The notes: generated by a model not told the origin, from the sequence alone. A DNA stretch of 64,000 nt from an uncultured Candidatus Saccharibacteria bacterium (GCA_964648335.1 CAZYLZ010000004.1:6189-70188), one strand, 5' to 3'. Positions 27,211 through 37,638 are shown, counted from the first letter of the stretch. Made by a program: numbers and translations.

Positions 27211-29422
27211 CGCGTTCCGCTTCTTCGAGCTTTACAGAGAGCAAGCGCGAGATGCCGTCGTGGCCCATGGTAACGCCGTAGAGTTCTCCTGCGGCAGCCA
27301 TGGTGGCGCGGTTGTGCGTTATCAAAATGAGCTGGCTGCGGTTAGAGAGCGCCTTTACGATCTCGGCATAGCGGCGACTGTTGGCCTCGTCCAAGGCCGC
27401 GTCGGTCTCGTCCAATATGATAAACGGCGGCGGATTCACCTGCGACATTGCAAAAATGAGCGCGATAGACGTAAGCGCGCGCTCGCCGCCCGACAATACC
27501 TCGAGCCCACGCACTTTCTTCCGCGGCAACTGTACCGTGACGGTAAGTCCGGCGATCGGTGCTTCGTCTTCGATGATTGTTTCCTCTCCCGACTCTTCGT
27601 CGTCGAGAACTTTCTTCTCGGGCATCTCGAGAGCAAGCTTGGCTTCACCACCACTAAACAGTTCGGCAAAAAAAGTACCAAAGGCATCGTTTATCTTTAC
27701 GAGTCCCCGCTTAAAATCTTCGTCAATCTTCGCATCCAGCTCTTCAATAATCTTTTTCAGCTGCTCTGCCGATGCCGACAAGTCGCCGAGCTCGCGTGCC
27801 AAGAACGAGTCGCGCTCTTTGGTGGTGTTGAATTCGCGCACGACCTCGTCTCCCGACCCTGCACCGGACTCCTCGAGTTTTATCTTAAGGCGCTCGATCG
27901 TGCGGCGGCGCTCGTGCTGCATGCGGCGGTCTTCCGAAAGAGCACCGTCGGGAATGCCCGCGTGCTCGTACTGGCGGATATCGCTCCCCACCAGGGCAAT
28001 CCCTTCGCGCACCTCTGACTCAAAGGCCTCGCGAGCACCTGCTATCTCGCCGAGCATCCGCTCGACGTTTGCCAAAGTGCCCCGCACTTGCGCCATATTG
28101 GTTTCCAAATGCAAAAGTCCTGTCTCAGCCTCGTGTGCCGCGTCTTTGCGCTCTTGAACGTCGGCGCGCATCCGGCTTAGCCTCTGTTCGAGCTCGCGCT
28201 CTTTTCCCCGCGCAAGTTCCAATACCTGCGTCGCCGCTTGCGCCTTGGTTCGCACCTCTTCTATGAGCTCAGCAGAATCATCGATCGGCGCTGCTACGTC
28301 GTGTGCTCTGGCCGAGAGTTCGCCCAAGGCAGTCTGTGCGCCCCGTACCGCTGTCTTTGCCTCTTCGAGCGACGACGCATCGAGTGCGCGCGCCAGCGAG
28401 TCTCCTGCCGCGTGAACATGGGCCAAGACTACCTGTCGTGGTATCGGCGATTCGTCGGGCGTAGGTACCCGCACCATGCGAATCGCCGCTGCAAGCTCGC
28501 CCTCGGCGCGCCCGAGCTCGCGTGCCGCATCTTGGCGCTCTATTCGCAGAGCACTGAGCGTTTCTTCGAGCTCGCGCGTGTGATCGTTCTCGGGATCGGC
28601 GACTTTGGTGTCTTGTACCAAGACAGCGCGCGCCTGCCGCATTTCTTCTTCGATACGGGCAAGTTCGGCGCGATACGCACTTTCTTCGCCCTTGAGCCGT
28701 GCGCCCTCTTGTCCTATGTAGGCATGCTCGCGTGCCAGGTAGTCGGCAAGTTTGTGCTTAAGCTCTTCGGCGAGCTCTTTCGCCTTCTCTATCTTCTCTA
28801 CCTGTTTGCGCAAGAATGTAAGATGGGGCCCCAGTTCGCGGCGCAAGCTCTCTACCCGTCCGATATTCTCTTGCGTCTCGTCGAGCTTTCGCTCGCTCTC
28901 GGCTTTCTTGTGCTGGTAGAGCTTAAGACCGAGTGCGTCTTCGATCATCTCGCGCCGCTCGCGAGGGCTCGCGTTCAAGATGCGGTCGGCCTCGCCCTGC
29001 GAGATGATCTGATATCCCGATCCACCAATATTGGCCCCGGCCAAGAGGCGGATAACGTCCTTGAGGCGAACCTGCGATCCGTTTATGAGGTATTCGTTGA
29101 CGCCGTCGCGAAAGACCGAGCGCTCCACCACCACCTCGGGAAAATCGATATCTAAAAGTTTGTTCGAGTTGTCGAAGGTAACCTTGACCGAAGCGCGATT
29201 TCCACGCGGGACGGCGGGACTCCCGCCCCAAATCAGATCTTCGCCTTTCTTGCTGCGCAAGGACTTCATTGACTGCTCGCCCAAGACGAAGCGAAAGCCT
29301 TCGGCCACATTACTCTTGCCCGAGCCATTAGGACCGACGATCCCCGCCACGCGCGACCCGAAGACGAGCTCGGTTTTCTTTCCAAACGATTTAAACCCGA
29401 CGAGCTCGATGGACTTCAGCAT
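27200..29422 (-). CDS. smc: Chromosome segregation protein SMC; unusually short at 740 aa.
   Basis: N-terminal Walker A (GPNGSGKSNVAEGFRFVLGEQS) and a C-terminal signature/Walker B/D-loop (LSGGERALTSIALIFAMSQVNPPPFIILDETDAALD...ITHNRATMAAAGELYGVTM) typical of SMC heads. The coiled-coil/hinge region is much shorter than in canonical SMC proteins of about 1150-1200 aa. Confidence 0.75.
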   Translation of the reverse strand: MLKSIELVGFKSFGKKTELVFGSRVAGIVGPNGSGKSNVAEGFRFVLGEQSMKSLRSKKGEDLIWGGSPAVPRGNRASVKVTFDNSNKLLDIDFPEVVVERSVFRDGVNEYLINGSQVRLKDVIRLLAGANIGGSGYQIISQGEADRILNASPRERREMIEDALGLKLYQHKKAESERKLDETQENIGRVESLRRELGPHLTFLRKQVEKIEKAKELAEELKHKLADYLAREHAYIGQEGARLKGEESAYRAELARIEEEMRQARAVLVQDTKVADPENDHTRELEETLSALRIERQDAARELGRAEGELAAAIRMVRVPTPDESPIPRQVVLAHVHAAGDSLARALDASSLEEAKTAVRGAQTALGELSARAHDVAAPIDDSAELIEEVRTKAQAATQVLELARGKERELEQRLSRMRADVQERKDAAHEAETGLLHLETNMAQVRGTLANVERMLGEIAGAREAFESEVREGIALVGSDIRQYEHAGIPDGALSEDRRMQHERRRTIERLKIKLEESGAGSGDEVVREFNTTKERDSFLARELGDLSASAEQLKKIIEELDAKIDEDFKRGLVKINDAFGTFFAELFSGGEAKLALEMPEKKVLDDEESGEETIIEDEAPIAGLTVTVQLPRKKVRGLEVLSGGERALTSIALIFAMSQVNPPPFIILDETDAALDEANSRRYAEIVKALSNRSQLILITHNRATMAAAGELYGVTMGHDGISRLLSVKLEEAERVAK

Positions 29423-29443
29423 TCCCCTATTCTACCCGAATAT

Positions 29444-32092
29444 ATGGCTGTGGAGAACCATGATTTCGCGGATAGCACGAGCGTATACTGGATTGACATG
29501 AAGCAGCCACACGGAGGCAAGAGAGAGTTGATCGGAAAGCCCGGTGCCGAGAAAGGGTCATCTGCGCCCGAAGTACTCCCTCCGCTTGAGCAATCAGAAG
29601 CTCCCCATTTTCAAGAAACCATGGCGGTCTTTGGAAAAGCCATATCGAAGGCGCGCGAATCTGCAAACACGCAAGACAAGTACGGGCTCTACCAGCTGCA
29701 GGTGCTTATGCGTATGGAAGAAGCGCTCAAAGAGGGTGTCTTGGATGTGCGAGTCATCGAAGCGGTCCATACGATTTTTAAAGACCACCGCGCGATAAAC
29801 AAGTTTGGCGAAAACAAGGGCGGCGTCATCTTGCAGCATATCAATACGTATTACGACTCCGTACTCGACAAGAGCGAAGCATCAAAAAAGGTCGAGGCCC
29901 ACGGCAATATCATGCTGGAGCTCGCCGAGGCACTTGGCATACCACTGAGCGATCCCGGTCTCATATCGGCCGAAGCACGCAAGACCAAACAATGGCTTGC
30001 GGTTATCCCTAAGGAAACGATGTCCAAAGAGGCACGTGCCGAGTACGAACGCACACAGAGCATGCAGGAGCGCGCTGCAAAACGCGGCGAGCGCATCGAT
30101 GCCATCATAAACGGCCTGTTGCCGCGCATCATGGAAGCGGTACCAACCATGCGGATAGCGAAGGGCGACTTCAAAGACGGAGAACCTCACCCCGAGATGA
30201 ACGAGAAGCTGCAGCAGTTCGCTACAGTGGTGGTCCAGCGTATCAACCGCCAGCTCAAGGCAAAGTTCACCGACATCTCGCGCGCCGACAAGATGTCGAT
30301 GACCGACGAAGAGGCCTATATTCAGATGCAAAAAGACAAGGGCCATTGGAGCGATGACGACTCGTCACGCTGGGACGAGTTGTCGGACGAAGGCAAGGCG
30401 GGCGTCCTCAAAAGCAATCGTACCGAGATACTGCGTATCAAGGACGATCCCACGCGTCGACAAGTCTTTCAGAACGAGTACCTAGAAAAGCTCGCCACGC
30501 TCGATGCGGCGCTCGCAAAGCTCGCAGAATCCGCCACAGGCACCGGCGAACGTATGGGACGGCTCGATCTGTTGCGCGACGATCGTGTCTATGTAGCCCT
30601 CGCTCACATCAAGGCATTTTTTAAGCACACGTACCTTGCAGACGAGATGACTCAGAACGAGAAAGACCGAATCGCAAATTACATGAAAGACGGCGGAAAC
30701 TTTGTTAAGACCTTCGGTACCTACGTCGGCGCAACGTTCCCAAAAACACTGAAGGGCATCGATGGCGCCAAAAAATTCGAAGAAAAGAAGCGCAACGAAA
30801 ACACAGGACTCTCGCTCGATGATACTCCCGAAGAAATCGCGCCACCGGAAGATCGGCTAGAGTCAGAACGATTGCGCAATCTTGCTATCGTCTACCGTGC
30901 CGATCTGGCACGCTTCAACTCACGCTATATCGCGCCAATCCAGCACATGGTCGACCACCCTAACCATCCGTACTTGTCTCCCGATTTCCTGGTCATTTTG
31001 AAAGGACTCATCCCTATATTGCACAAAGACCGCGAGCGGATGCGTACCGGCGCGCTCGCTCGCATAACCGAGGCCGAGAACGGTCCGCAAGACGCGCACA
31101 TCCGCAGCAACCTGTACGCAGCGCGCCTGACGCTCCAGAGCGCGATGATAGGAAGTATCGATCTCGATACCCGCGCACGAGTGCTCATCGAAAAGATCGA
31201 GAGCAGTGGAATATCGACTGCCGACAGCAAACTCGGCGTCACGCCAAAAAGCCAATCGAGCCTAGAAGAAGCATTTGACATACTCGTGGCAAAAGACGGT
31301 CAACTCACGAGACTCTACGACACCTCGATCCACGGCACGATGCTCCAGCTTGCAGACCGCGTCGAGGACCTCCGCAGGGCCGGAATCGACACGGAAGAAT
31401 TACGAAAAATGCGTCTCGCTCTCAAAGGTCTCGAACAGAGCGTTGCCCGGGATTACGCAACGGAAGAGCGACTGCAAAAAATCCGTTTCCGAACTGCCGA
31501 AGCCCAGCTTCGCTCTGCCGAACCATCCGACCGGTTGGGCGAACTCTCCGTTTCGCAGAGTCTGGTCACCAACGAGCTCCTCGCAAACCGTACCGCTGCG
31601 CTTTCGGCCTGTATGGTACTTGATAAGACAATAGACAGGCTTGTTCTTACCCTTCCGAAGGCGGGAACGATGTCCCTTGCATCGCCTATAGATCGGGCTG
31701 CTACCGCGATACCAAAAGAGGAAACGAGATCTTTTGCGCCACCAAGTCCGGTGGCCGAGGCAAAATCAGTTCTCGATACCTTCGATATGGCGCGCAAGAA
31801 TAATGGCATCCAAAGAGATCTCGATACAGCCAAAGCAGCGTTGGCAGCAATGAAAGCAGAAGCGGCTCAGAACAGCGAAGCACTTCGGGAGCTCCAAGCA
31901 GAAGCGAACGAGACGAAAGAGTCTCTCCTCGATCACCAAGAATTTTTGGGTGGTATGACCGATGTTGTAAAATCAACGATATCCATGCTTGAAGCCGTCC
32001 TCGCCGAGGGACATGAAGATCCGAAGGTTCTTTCTAAAGACATTGAAACGATACTAGCTAAGCTCCGTCGCATAAACGAAATAACCGATTAA
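29444..32092 (+). CDS. Large hypothetical protein (882 aa), predicted soluble, alpha-helical/coiled-coil rich. Start codon uncertain.
   Basis: Long intact ORF with no recognisable motif. The start is only 21 bp from the divergent smc start and has no clear RBS. Alternative in-frame ATGs at 29498 and 29621. Confidence 0.6.
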   Translation: MAVENHDFADSTSVYWIDMKQPHGGKRELIGKPGAEKGSSAPEVLPPLEQSEAPHFQETMAVFGKAISKARESANTQDKYGLYQLQVLMRMEEALKEGVLDVRVIEAVHTIFKDHRAINKFGENKGGVILQHINTYYDSVLDKSEASKKVEAHGNIMLELAEALGIPLSDPGLISAEARKTKQWLAVIPKETMSKEARAEYERTQSMQERAAKRGERIDAIINGLLPRIMEAVPTMRIAKGDFKDGEPHPEMNEKLQQFATVVVQRINRQLKAKFTDISRADKMSMTDEEAYIQMQKDKGHWSDDDSSRWDELSDEGKAGVLKSNRTEILRIKDDPTRRQVFQNEYLEKLATLDAALAKLAESATGTGERMGRLDLLRDDRVYVALAHIKAFFKHTYLADEMTQNEKDRIANYMKDGGNFVKTFGTYVGATFPKTLKGIDGAKKFEEKKRNENTGLSLDDTPEEIAPPEDRLESERLRNLAIVYRADLARFNSRYIAPIQHMVDHPNHPYLSPDFLVILKGLIPILHKDRERMRTGALARITEAENGPQDAHIRSNLYAARLTLQSAMIGSIDLDTRARVLIEKIESSGISTADSKLGVTPKSQSSLEEAFDILVAKDGQLTRLYDTSIHGTMLQLADRVEDLRRAGIDTEELRKMRLALKGLEQSVARDYATEERLQKIRFRTAEAQLRSAEPSDRLGELSVSQSLVTNELLANRTAALSACMVLDKTIDRLVLTLPKAGTMSLASPIDRAATAIPKEETRSFAPPSPVAEAKSVLDTFDMARKNNGIQRDLDTAKAALAAMKAEAAQNSEALRELQAEANETKESLLDHQEFLGGMTDVVKSTISMLEAVLAEGHEDPKVLSKDIETILAKLRRINEITD

Positions 32093-32096
32093 TCAT

Positions 32097-33317
32097 ATGG
32101 CTGAAGGATTTAGAAAAAAAGCAGAAGCGTTGCGAAGACTCGCGAAAGATATCCTGGATACGGAACTCACACCGGCCCAGAAAGCCGCAGCTGAAGCGGC
32201 GGAGCAAGAGGGTGCAGAAGCCGAGATAGTCCCACCTGTCGTCGATACCCCGCACGATATGCCAACCGGCACTGCCCCGATAGACCGCGCGCACGACGAA
32301 AACGAGGCACGAAGGGCCGCCCAGGCGGATCTTGCAGAAGCTACGCGTGCGGCCGCGGCTCTCGAACCTATCGCTCCCCCAACGGCAGCACCTGAACCCG
32401 TTGTCGAGGATGAGAAAACAGAACGAAATACAAGGAAGCCGATACGCCGAGTGCGTAGAAAGAAAAGCGATGGACCTACAAAAGCTACTCTTGACGGTGC
32501 CATGCGCTATACTGCCGACAAGGCCCGTTTCGGTCGCGAGATGGTTGAAGCCTGCGGTCGACTGAAAGAGCGAATCGACAAACAATCCATAGTAATTATG
32601 GAGCAGCTCAATACAGCACTGACTTCAGCCGCCGATGGAAGAGCATACTCGTTCGACGCGACGACAGGAAAAATATCAGCAAACCCACAAACTCCAGATC
32701 TGGTGACTGGATATATCAATACAGAAGAGGTCGTGCGCGAACTCGAGGCACTGGTCCGCGATATCCCGAGGGAAATCGAGACGCTCTTCCATACACTGGA
32801 CGAATCGCACGCGGAATTTGTCGGAATAATGAACGGGGAGCCCGAAACAGCAACCCGAAGGACTTTCGCAGAAGTACCGAAAGTCGAATCGAAACCGCTC
32901 GATACTATCGCTGGAGGAACGCCGAGCCCGATTAAGACTTCGCTCGAAGCGGCACTTCTTGCGAGCGCGGACCGAACCGCTTTCCTTAAAGAACTTGTCG
33001 AAGCATCGAATCGCCTCAAAAAGCAAATTGACGAAAAAGTGGTTTCCCTTCTCATGATGATGAAGAGCGCGCTTGCCACCGGTGTCGATGACATAGCCTT
33101 TACACAAAACGAATCGACAGACGCCATCACCCCGGTCCCTCAGAGCGATCCAGTCGCAGGCTTTGCGACACTCGAACGGACTGCGCATGAATTTGCCAAC
33201 GCCGTCGAGAGCATGCCAGAAGAGATCAGACTCCTCATCCAGACACTCTTCGATGCCGATCAGGAATTCACGCGGATTATCAGCAACGGCCTGAACAAAG
33301 GCAGTGCGACTAAATAA
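32097..33317 (+). CDS. Hypothetical protein (406 aa) with an internal tandem duplication of about 130 aa.
   Basis: Repeat pairs FGREMVEACGRLKERIDKQS.../AFLKELVEASNRLKKQIDEK... and ...IETLFHTLDESHAEFVGIMNG/...IRLLIQTLFDADQEFTRIISNG. Starts 4 nt after the previous gene. Confidence 0.6.
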   Translation: MAEGFRKKAEALRRLAKDILDTELTPAQKAAAEAAEQEGAEAEIVPPVVDTPHDMPTGTAPIDRAHDENEARRAAQADLAEATRAAAALEPIAPPTAAPEPVVEDEKTERNTRKPIRRVRRKKSDGPTKATLDGAMRYTADKARFGREMVEACGRLKERIDKQSIVIMEQLNTALTSAADGRAYSFDATTGKISANPQTPDLVTGYINTEEVVRELEALVRDIPREIETLFHTLDESHAEFVGIMNGEPETATRRTFAEVPKVESKPLDTIAGGTPSPIKTSLEAALLASADRTAFLKELVEASNRLKKQIDEKVVSLLMMMKSALATGVDDIAFTQNESTDAITPVPQSDPVAGFATLERTAHEFANAVESMPEEIRLLIQTLFDADQEFTRIISNGLNKGSATK

Positions 33318-33326
33318 CCTACTCAT

Positions 33327-36300
33327 ATGGCAGAATCATTCTTGAGAAAGATGCGCGAAGGCAAAAGCACGGCTGGACCGGCAATGCCGACATTTACCGG
33401 AAATCGAGCGAACGTAGAACACCTACTATCTCCGACCAAGGACATTGAAGCAGGCGCGAGCAAAGAGACGCTCGAGGCGATACAGCGGATAAAGGAAAAT
33501 GCCATACAAGGCATGGTTGCCGATATGAAGGCGGCCGGTATCGAGATCGACGACGCCGGCATCAAAGCCGCCATCGACAACTACGAGAACCAGCCCGGAG
33601 TTAAGCAAGAAGCGATGAAAGCGGTCAAATCGATGCTGCAGTCCCTGCAAGGGAAGACGCCGGATGAGATTGCAGAAACGCTGGCCCAAGACTCTCTCGC
33701 CGTCTTCGAGGCAGGAAAAAACAAGTCAGAGATTCCGCTCGACAACGTCCTGATACCCCTTCTCATGTCCCAGGGCCAGATTCAGCAATCGGCGCTCGAT
33801 AAGGCATCCAAGAAAAAACTTCGCGGTGTAAGCTTAAGCACCAAGAAGCTCAAGACCGGGGCGTTGAGTGCGACAAAGACCGCCATAAGCCGAACCGCCA
33901 TTCCATCGGCATATCTCGTGCACTTTACCCTCGGCGTCGTAGACACAGCAGTCGTCGAGACCGCCGCGAACGGCACGTTTTCGGATTGGGGTCTCGAAGG
34001 CAAGGTCAAAGACGGATTAGCACTCACCTTCTCCATCGCGGCAAATGCTCAATTCGTTAACCGAAAGCTCGGAGTACGAGGAGAATGGATTCGCGGTATC
34101 GGCGACATGGTATGGGGCGATACAACACGTACACGCGTCACCGGTGTCCTCACCTCCGCCCTTATGGCGACGATGGCCCTTGCCATAACTGCAAATACCG
34201 AACGCGGCATCGTAGATTCTGCGGTTTCCGAAGAAGTCGGAATGAAGATGAAAGAGCGCTGGGAAACAGAACGCAAAGCGATGGAAAGTACTATCAGGCA
34301 AGCAGCCAGCCTGTTCCAGACCATTCAGCCGGTAATTGATAAGAAAATGAGCGACGCGTACGTAGCGGGCGGCGTCGGTTGGGGCCCGAGGACCTGGGGA
34401 GTAAACCGTGTTCTCTATGGCAAGAACGCAGAAAGCGATTCGAACTATGCTTCTTTCAAGTCAACACCGGCAACCGCGACACCAACCTTCCGCGGCAAAG
34501 CCATGTCTACCGTAGAAACTCCTACTGCGGCACCAGAAGCACCTGGCCGGCGTGAGGCGGCAGCAGCAGAACTTGCTGCGGCGCAAAAGCGACTAGATGC
34601 GATAAATAAGCAAGCCGAAGGAAAAAGCAAAGCAGAAAAGTCTAAAAAGAAGGCAGATTTAGATGCGGCAAGACTGCGAGTGACAAACGCTCAGGCCGCT
34701 ATCAATGCTCCAAGTCGTGGCACCCCGGCTCCGGGAACTCCCGATACCAGAGCAGCAAAGAGCCCCGAAGAGGTTGAGGCTGCCATGAAAGCGCTCAACG
34801 AGAAGTATGGGTTACAACCTACCGATGGCGCCGAGCAGTATCTTAAAAAGTTGACCGCGGACATTGAACGGGTAAACCCAGAAAATGTGTTCGCCATGCT
34901 CGACTCTCTCATAAAGGAAAGCGAAGTACTTTCGAAATCGGGAATCCTCGGTAACATTTTCGGCATCCTGGCTCCGGTGCCCGGCGTCATGAAGCAGATC
35001 GGAACCAACGTATGGCAAGGCGAGGGATTAGGGTCATTCACTCACGACATCGACTGGTCTGAAACGTTCCATCGAACGTCCGGTGTACGTGCGATTTTTA
35101 AGTCAGAAGAGAAATACCGTAATCGGCGTAACGAGATGGTCAAAGAGCTGAAGAAGGTAATGGTAAGCGCCCAGCTTGATGCCTATCTGAAAGAAGTCTC
35201 TGCTGTCACCGGCATCGACACTGCCATGTCGCTTCCCAATACAAACTTCAACGTTGAGAATGACGCGTTGGGCATCGACCAGACCCCGTATAAGGACATC
35301 GCCAACAAGACCGTTTTCGACTATGTGACACAGATCATCCCTCCCGATGACAGTCCGACGTGGGGTTATATTCAAAGGAGTTTCAGCAAATCGGGCATAG
35401 ATTGGGTGGATGTCTCGACACCACTCGGCAAGAAAGAGGCAATGACACTGCTCATATCTTTTGTGATTCTTCTAATCGGCGGTAGCGTTCTCTACACTAT
35501 CGGCGCCAAGAAAGTGAGTAAACGCTGGGGCGTCATGGGCGCTCTCAAGGATGATGAGAAGAATGGTATCTACAAGACGGAATCGAAGCTCGTCCAGGAC
35601 ATGGTGAAGCTCATCGACGACCGTGAGAAGACGACCCTTGGTGCTATCGCAAAAAGCGGGCTCGATGTTGCCTTGCCGCAGAGAGACAGCGTCGCATTAA
35701 GTGCTGTATTACAGAAGCGGCTGCGCGAACACATCTTGAGCCGCATGAATCCCCCACTCGACCAGACGCCCGAGGGTATCGCATTCGTCAACCGGGAAAA
35801 TTCGCTTGGAAGCCGTAAACTCCGTCACGAGTACGTAGGCAAGTTGAACGAATACATTGAAGGATACAAAAACGATCGAAGCGGTGCCTTGGTTGCCATT
35901 CTACGCGACATAGATTCGGGCCGGTATGCAGAGATAAGCGCCATCAAGGGCTTCGTTGAGAGTTCTCAGGTGCCGGTAAATCGCGAAATGGCGGCAAAGA
36001 ACGTCGCGGACTGGTGGAGCCGTATTGATTCGAAATTTACCAAGACCGAGGTCGAATCCCGCAAGGCAGAAGTACAGAACTTGTATGCACAGCGCGAAGC
36101 GCTTTTGAGCTTGCGACCAGCCATGAAGATCGAGCTCAGCGGATCGATACCGTCTGACGTGATATCACCTGCCGATATCGTCTACACAAACCGATTGGCC
36201 GATATCGATGCCGATATCGCCATACACCACGAAGCGATTAAGCGCATAACCGAGGGCAAAGTAGATGGTCCTGTCGACCGCGACCCGAACGTAGTCTTTT

Positions 36301-37097
36301 CGACCGAACAGGTTCAGTCGCTACAGTCGGAACTCCAAGAGGAAGAGCTTGGAAATACCCTTGAAGGCGCGGATATTACCAAAATAGCGAAGGAATACAG
36401 CACTCTCGTGCAGAGCCTCGGAAAACGCATCGGATCGATGGAAGGGCTCGTATCGCGTGCCTTCGGCGATCAGGCATCCGGGAGCAAAATCTCTTTCGAA
36501 TACGCCTATCGCGACGATCTCCGCGGGCCGGCGATAGTACTCAATCTCGTGCGCCCCGATGGTGACGTGATGACGCTTCCCTTGCGACAAGTAGTCCCGA
36601 GCGTACTCCTCTCTTCCGATGAAGCGATCATGGGAGCAATCGCTCAGTGGTTGCGTCCCGATAGCCAAGAGATGCAAGTTACGCGTCTCTATGCTGTCCA
36701 CGACTCGTATGCGACAACAGTCGAAGAGATCAAAAAAGAGGTGCTTTCCGGAGCAACAGGAGGAATGCTCGACATCGCAGACATCGACGATGCAAAGCTT
36801 GCAAACCTCCAAGACCTGATCCGTCGCAGTGACGTGCTCAAGGTGCAGCGACAACTCATTAAGGTCGCGGACTCTCCCGGTAAGAGTCTCAACCCGGTAC
36901 AACAGAAGGTCTTCGAACAGCCAGACAAGGTTACCCTCAGCGGCATATGGAATAAGGATATCCGCATTACCTTCCGGTTTGCTAAGGAGCGCTACCCTGG
37001 AATCCCTATCAAGTATGATGTTGCCACCGAAGAAGTGGTCATACCTGACCCGACGGGTGAAAAACGAATCAGCATCCGCAGTCCGCAGCTTGGATAA
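33327..37097 (+). CDS. Giant hypothetical protein (1256 aa) with a single central transmembrane helix (around aa 700; LLISFVILLIGGSVLYTIGA) and an N-terminal amphipathic/hydrophobic region.
   Basis: Long intact ORF 9 nt after the previous gene. Shares the start context cATATGGCnGAA and the N-terminus MAE(G/S)F(R/L)(K/R)K with the 32097 gene. No domain recognised. Confidence 0.6.
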   Translation: MAESFLRKMREGKSTAGPAMPTFTGNRANVEHLLSPTKDIEAGASKETLEAIQRIKENAIQGMVADMKAAGIEIDDAGIKAAIDNYENQPGVKQEAMKAVKSMLQSLQGKTPDEIAETLAQDSLAVFEAGKNKSEIPLDNVLIPLLMSQGQIQQSALDKASKKKLRGVSLSTKKLKTGALSATKTAISRTAIPSAYLVHFTLGVVDTAVVETAANGTFSDWGLEGKVKDGLALTFSIAANAQFVNRKLGVRGEWIRGIGDMVWGDTTRTRVTGVLTSALMATMALAITANTERGIVDSAVSEEVGMKMKERWETERKAMESTIRQAASLFQTIQPVIDKKMSDAYVAGGVGWGPRTWGVNRVLYGKNAESDSNYASFKSTPATATPTFRGKAMSTVETPTAAPEAPGRREAAAAELAAAQKRLDAINKQAEGKSKAEKSKKKADLDAARLRVTNAQAAINAPSRGTPAPGTPDTRAAKSPEEVEAAMKALNEKYGLQPTDGAEQYLKKLTADIERVNPENVFAMLDSLIKESEVLSKSGILGNIFGILAPVPGVMKQIGTNVWQGEGLGSFTHDIDWSETFHRTSGVRAIFKSEEKYRNRRNEMVKELKKVMVSAQLDAYLKEVSAVTGIDTAMSLPNTNFNVENDALGIDQTPYKDIANKTVFDYVTQIIPPDDSPTWGYIQRSFSKSGIDWVDVSTPLGKKEAMTLLISFVILLIGGSVLYTIGAKKVSKRWGVMGALKDDEKNGIYKTESKLVQDMVKLIDDREKTTLGAIAKSGLDVALPQRDSVALSAVLQKRLREHILSRMNPPLDQTPEGIAFVNRENSLGSRKLRHEYVGKLNEYIEGYKNDRSGALVAILRDIDSGRYAEISAIKGFVESSQVPVNREMAAKNVADWWSRIDSKFTKTEVESRKAEVQNLYAQREALLSLRPAMKIELSGSIPSDVISPADIVYTNRLADIDADIAIHHEAIKRITEGKVDGPVDRDPNVVFSTEQVQSLQSELQEEELGNTLEGADITKIAKEYSTLVQSLGKRIGSMEGLVSRAFGDQASGSKISFEYAYRDDLRGPAIVLNLVRPDGDVMTLPLRQVVPSVLLSSDEAIMGAIAQWLRPDSQEMQVTRLYAVHDSYATTVEEIKKEVLSGATGGMLDIADIDDAKLANLQDLIRRSDVLKVQRQLIKVADSPGKSLNPVQQKVFEQPDKVTLSGIWNKDIRITFRFAKERYPGIPIKYDVATEEVVIPDPTGEKRISIRSPQLG

Positions 37098-37101
37098 AAG
37101 C

Positions 37102-37134
37102 AAAAGTCCCCGAATGGTCGGGGACTTTGCATTT
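37102..37134. terminator. Bidirectional rho-independent terminator.
   Basis: aaaagtccccga-atgg-tcggggacttt + GCATTT. Sits between convergent genes. Confidence 0.65.
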
Positions 37135-37315
37135 ATGGCAACCGCTTGCCTATGAAGAAAAGGAGCGCACCGACCATGCTGCCGAGGATCGAGAAAGTGA
37201 GCACGAGCGTCAACTTGCGTATATCGGTATAGCCATGGCTTTCGAGAAAGAGTGTGATTCCCCACAGAAATGCCAGTACGAACGTCATTATGAAGAGAGC
37301 TTTCCTGTTGGTCAT
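37133..37315 (-). CDS. Small membrane protein (60 aa, two predicted TM helices).
   Basis: MTNRKALFIMTFVLAFLWGITLFLESHGYTDIRKLTLVLTFSILGSMVGALLFFIGKRLP. Excellent RBS (aaaggagacagtctgATG). Confidence 0.5.
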   Translation of the reverse strand: MTNRKALFIMTFVLAFLWGITLFLESHGYTDIRKLTLVLTFSILGSMVGALLFFIGKRLP

Positions 37316-37411
37316 CAGACTGTCTCCTTTCCGATCTCGGCTGTGTTGGACTTTCCAATATCAATTAAATACCCAGACGGATGTAAATGCAATGAAGTAA
37401 GAAGATCTCTC

Positions 37412-37475
37412 TACCACCCCTTTGCCGCAAGGGCGTTCTCTGCGGCCATCTGCTCGCCCACTTGCTTGGACCTCC
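37412..37475. repeat. Diverged direct duplicate (about 89% identity over about 64 nt) of the rnc 3' end (38350-38413). In-frame and ends with TAG.
   Basis: The 29-nt perfect core aagggcgttctctgcggccatctgctcg occurs at both sites. Minus-strand translation of the copy gives ...KQVGEQMAAENALAAKGW* versus rnc ...KQEAEQMAAENALSAKGW*. Confidence 0.8.
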
Positions 37476-37564
37476 TCTTCGTCTTTTTTCCTTTTTGCCA
37501 GATAAACCCTGTCTTTTTATCTCCTCATATTCACACCGTAAGCTCTTTCTCCATACATGTCCTT

Positions 37565-37598
37565 ATATCAAGACGACCGTTTCAATATAAGAAATCGG
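37565..37598. repeat. 34-bp quasi-palindrome downstream of PaaX-like gene 1 (tccttatatcaagacgaccgtttcaatataagaa). Same sequence family as 38222-38255.
   Basis: Central acgRccgt core flanked by inverted tccttata/tataagRa arms. About 80% identical to the copy upstream of the gene. Confidence 0.7.
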
Positions 37599-37638
37599 AC
37601 TCTGACTGCTCTTCGAAAGTTGTCGTGCCTTGATTTCC

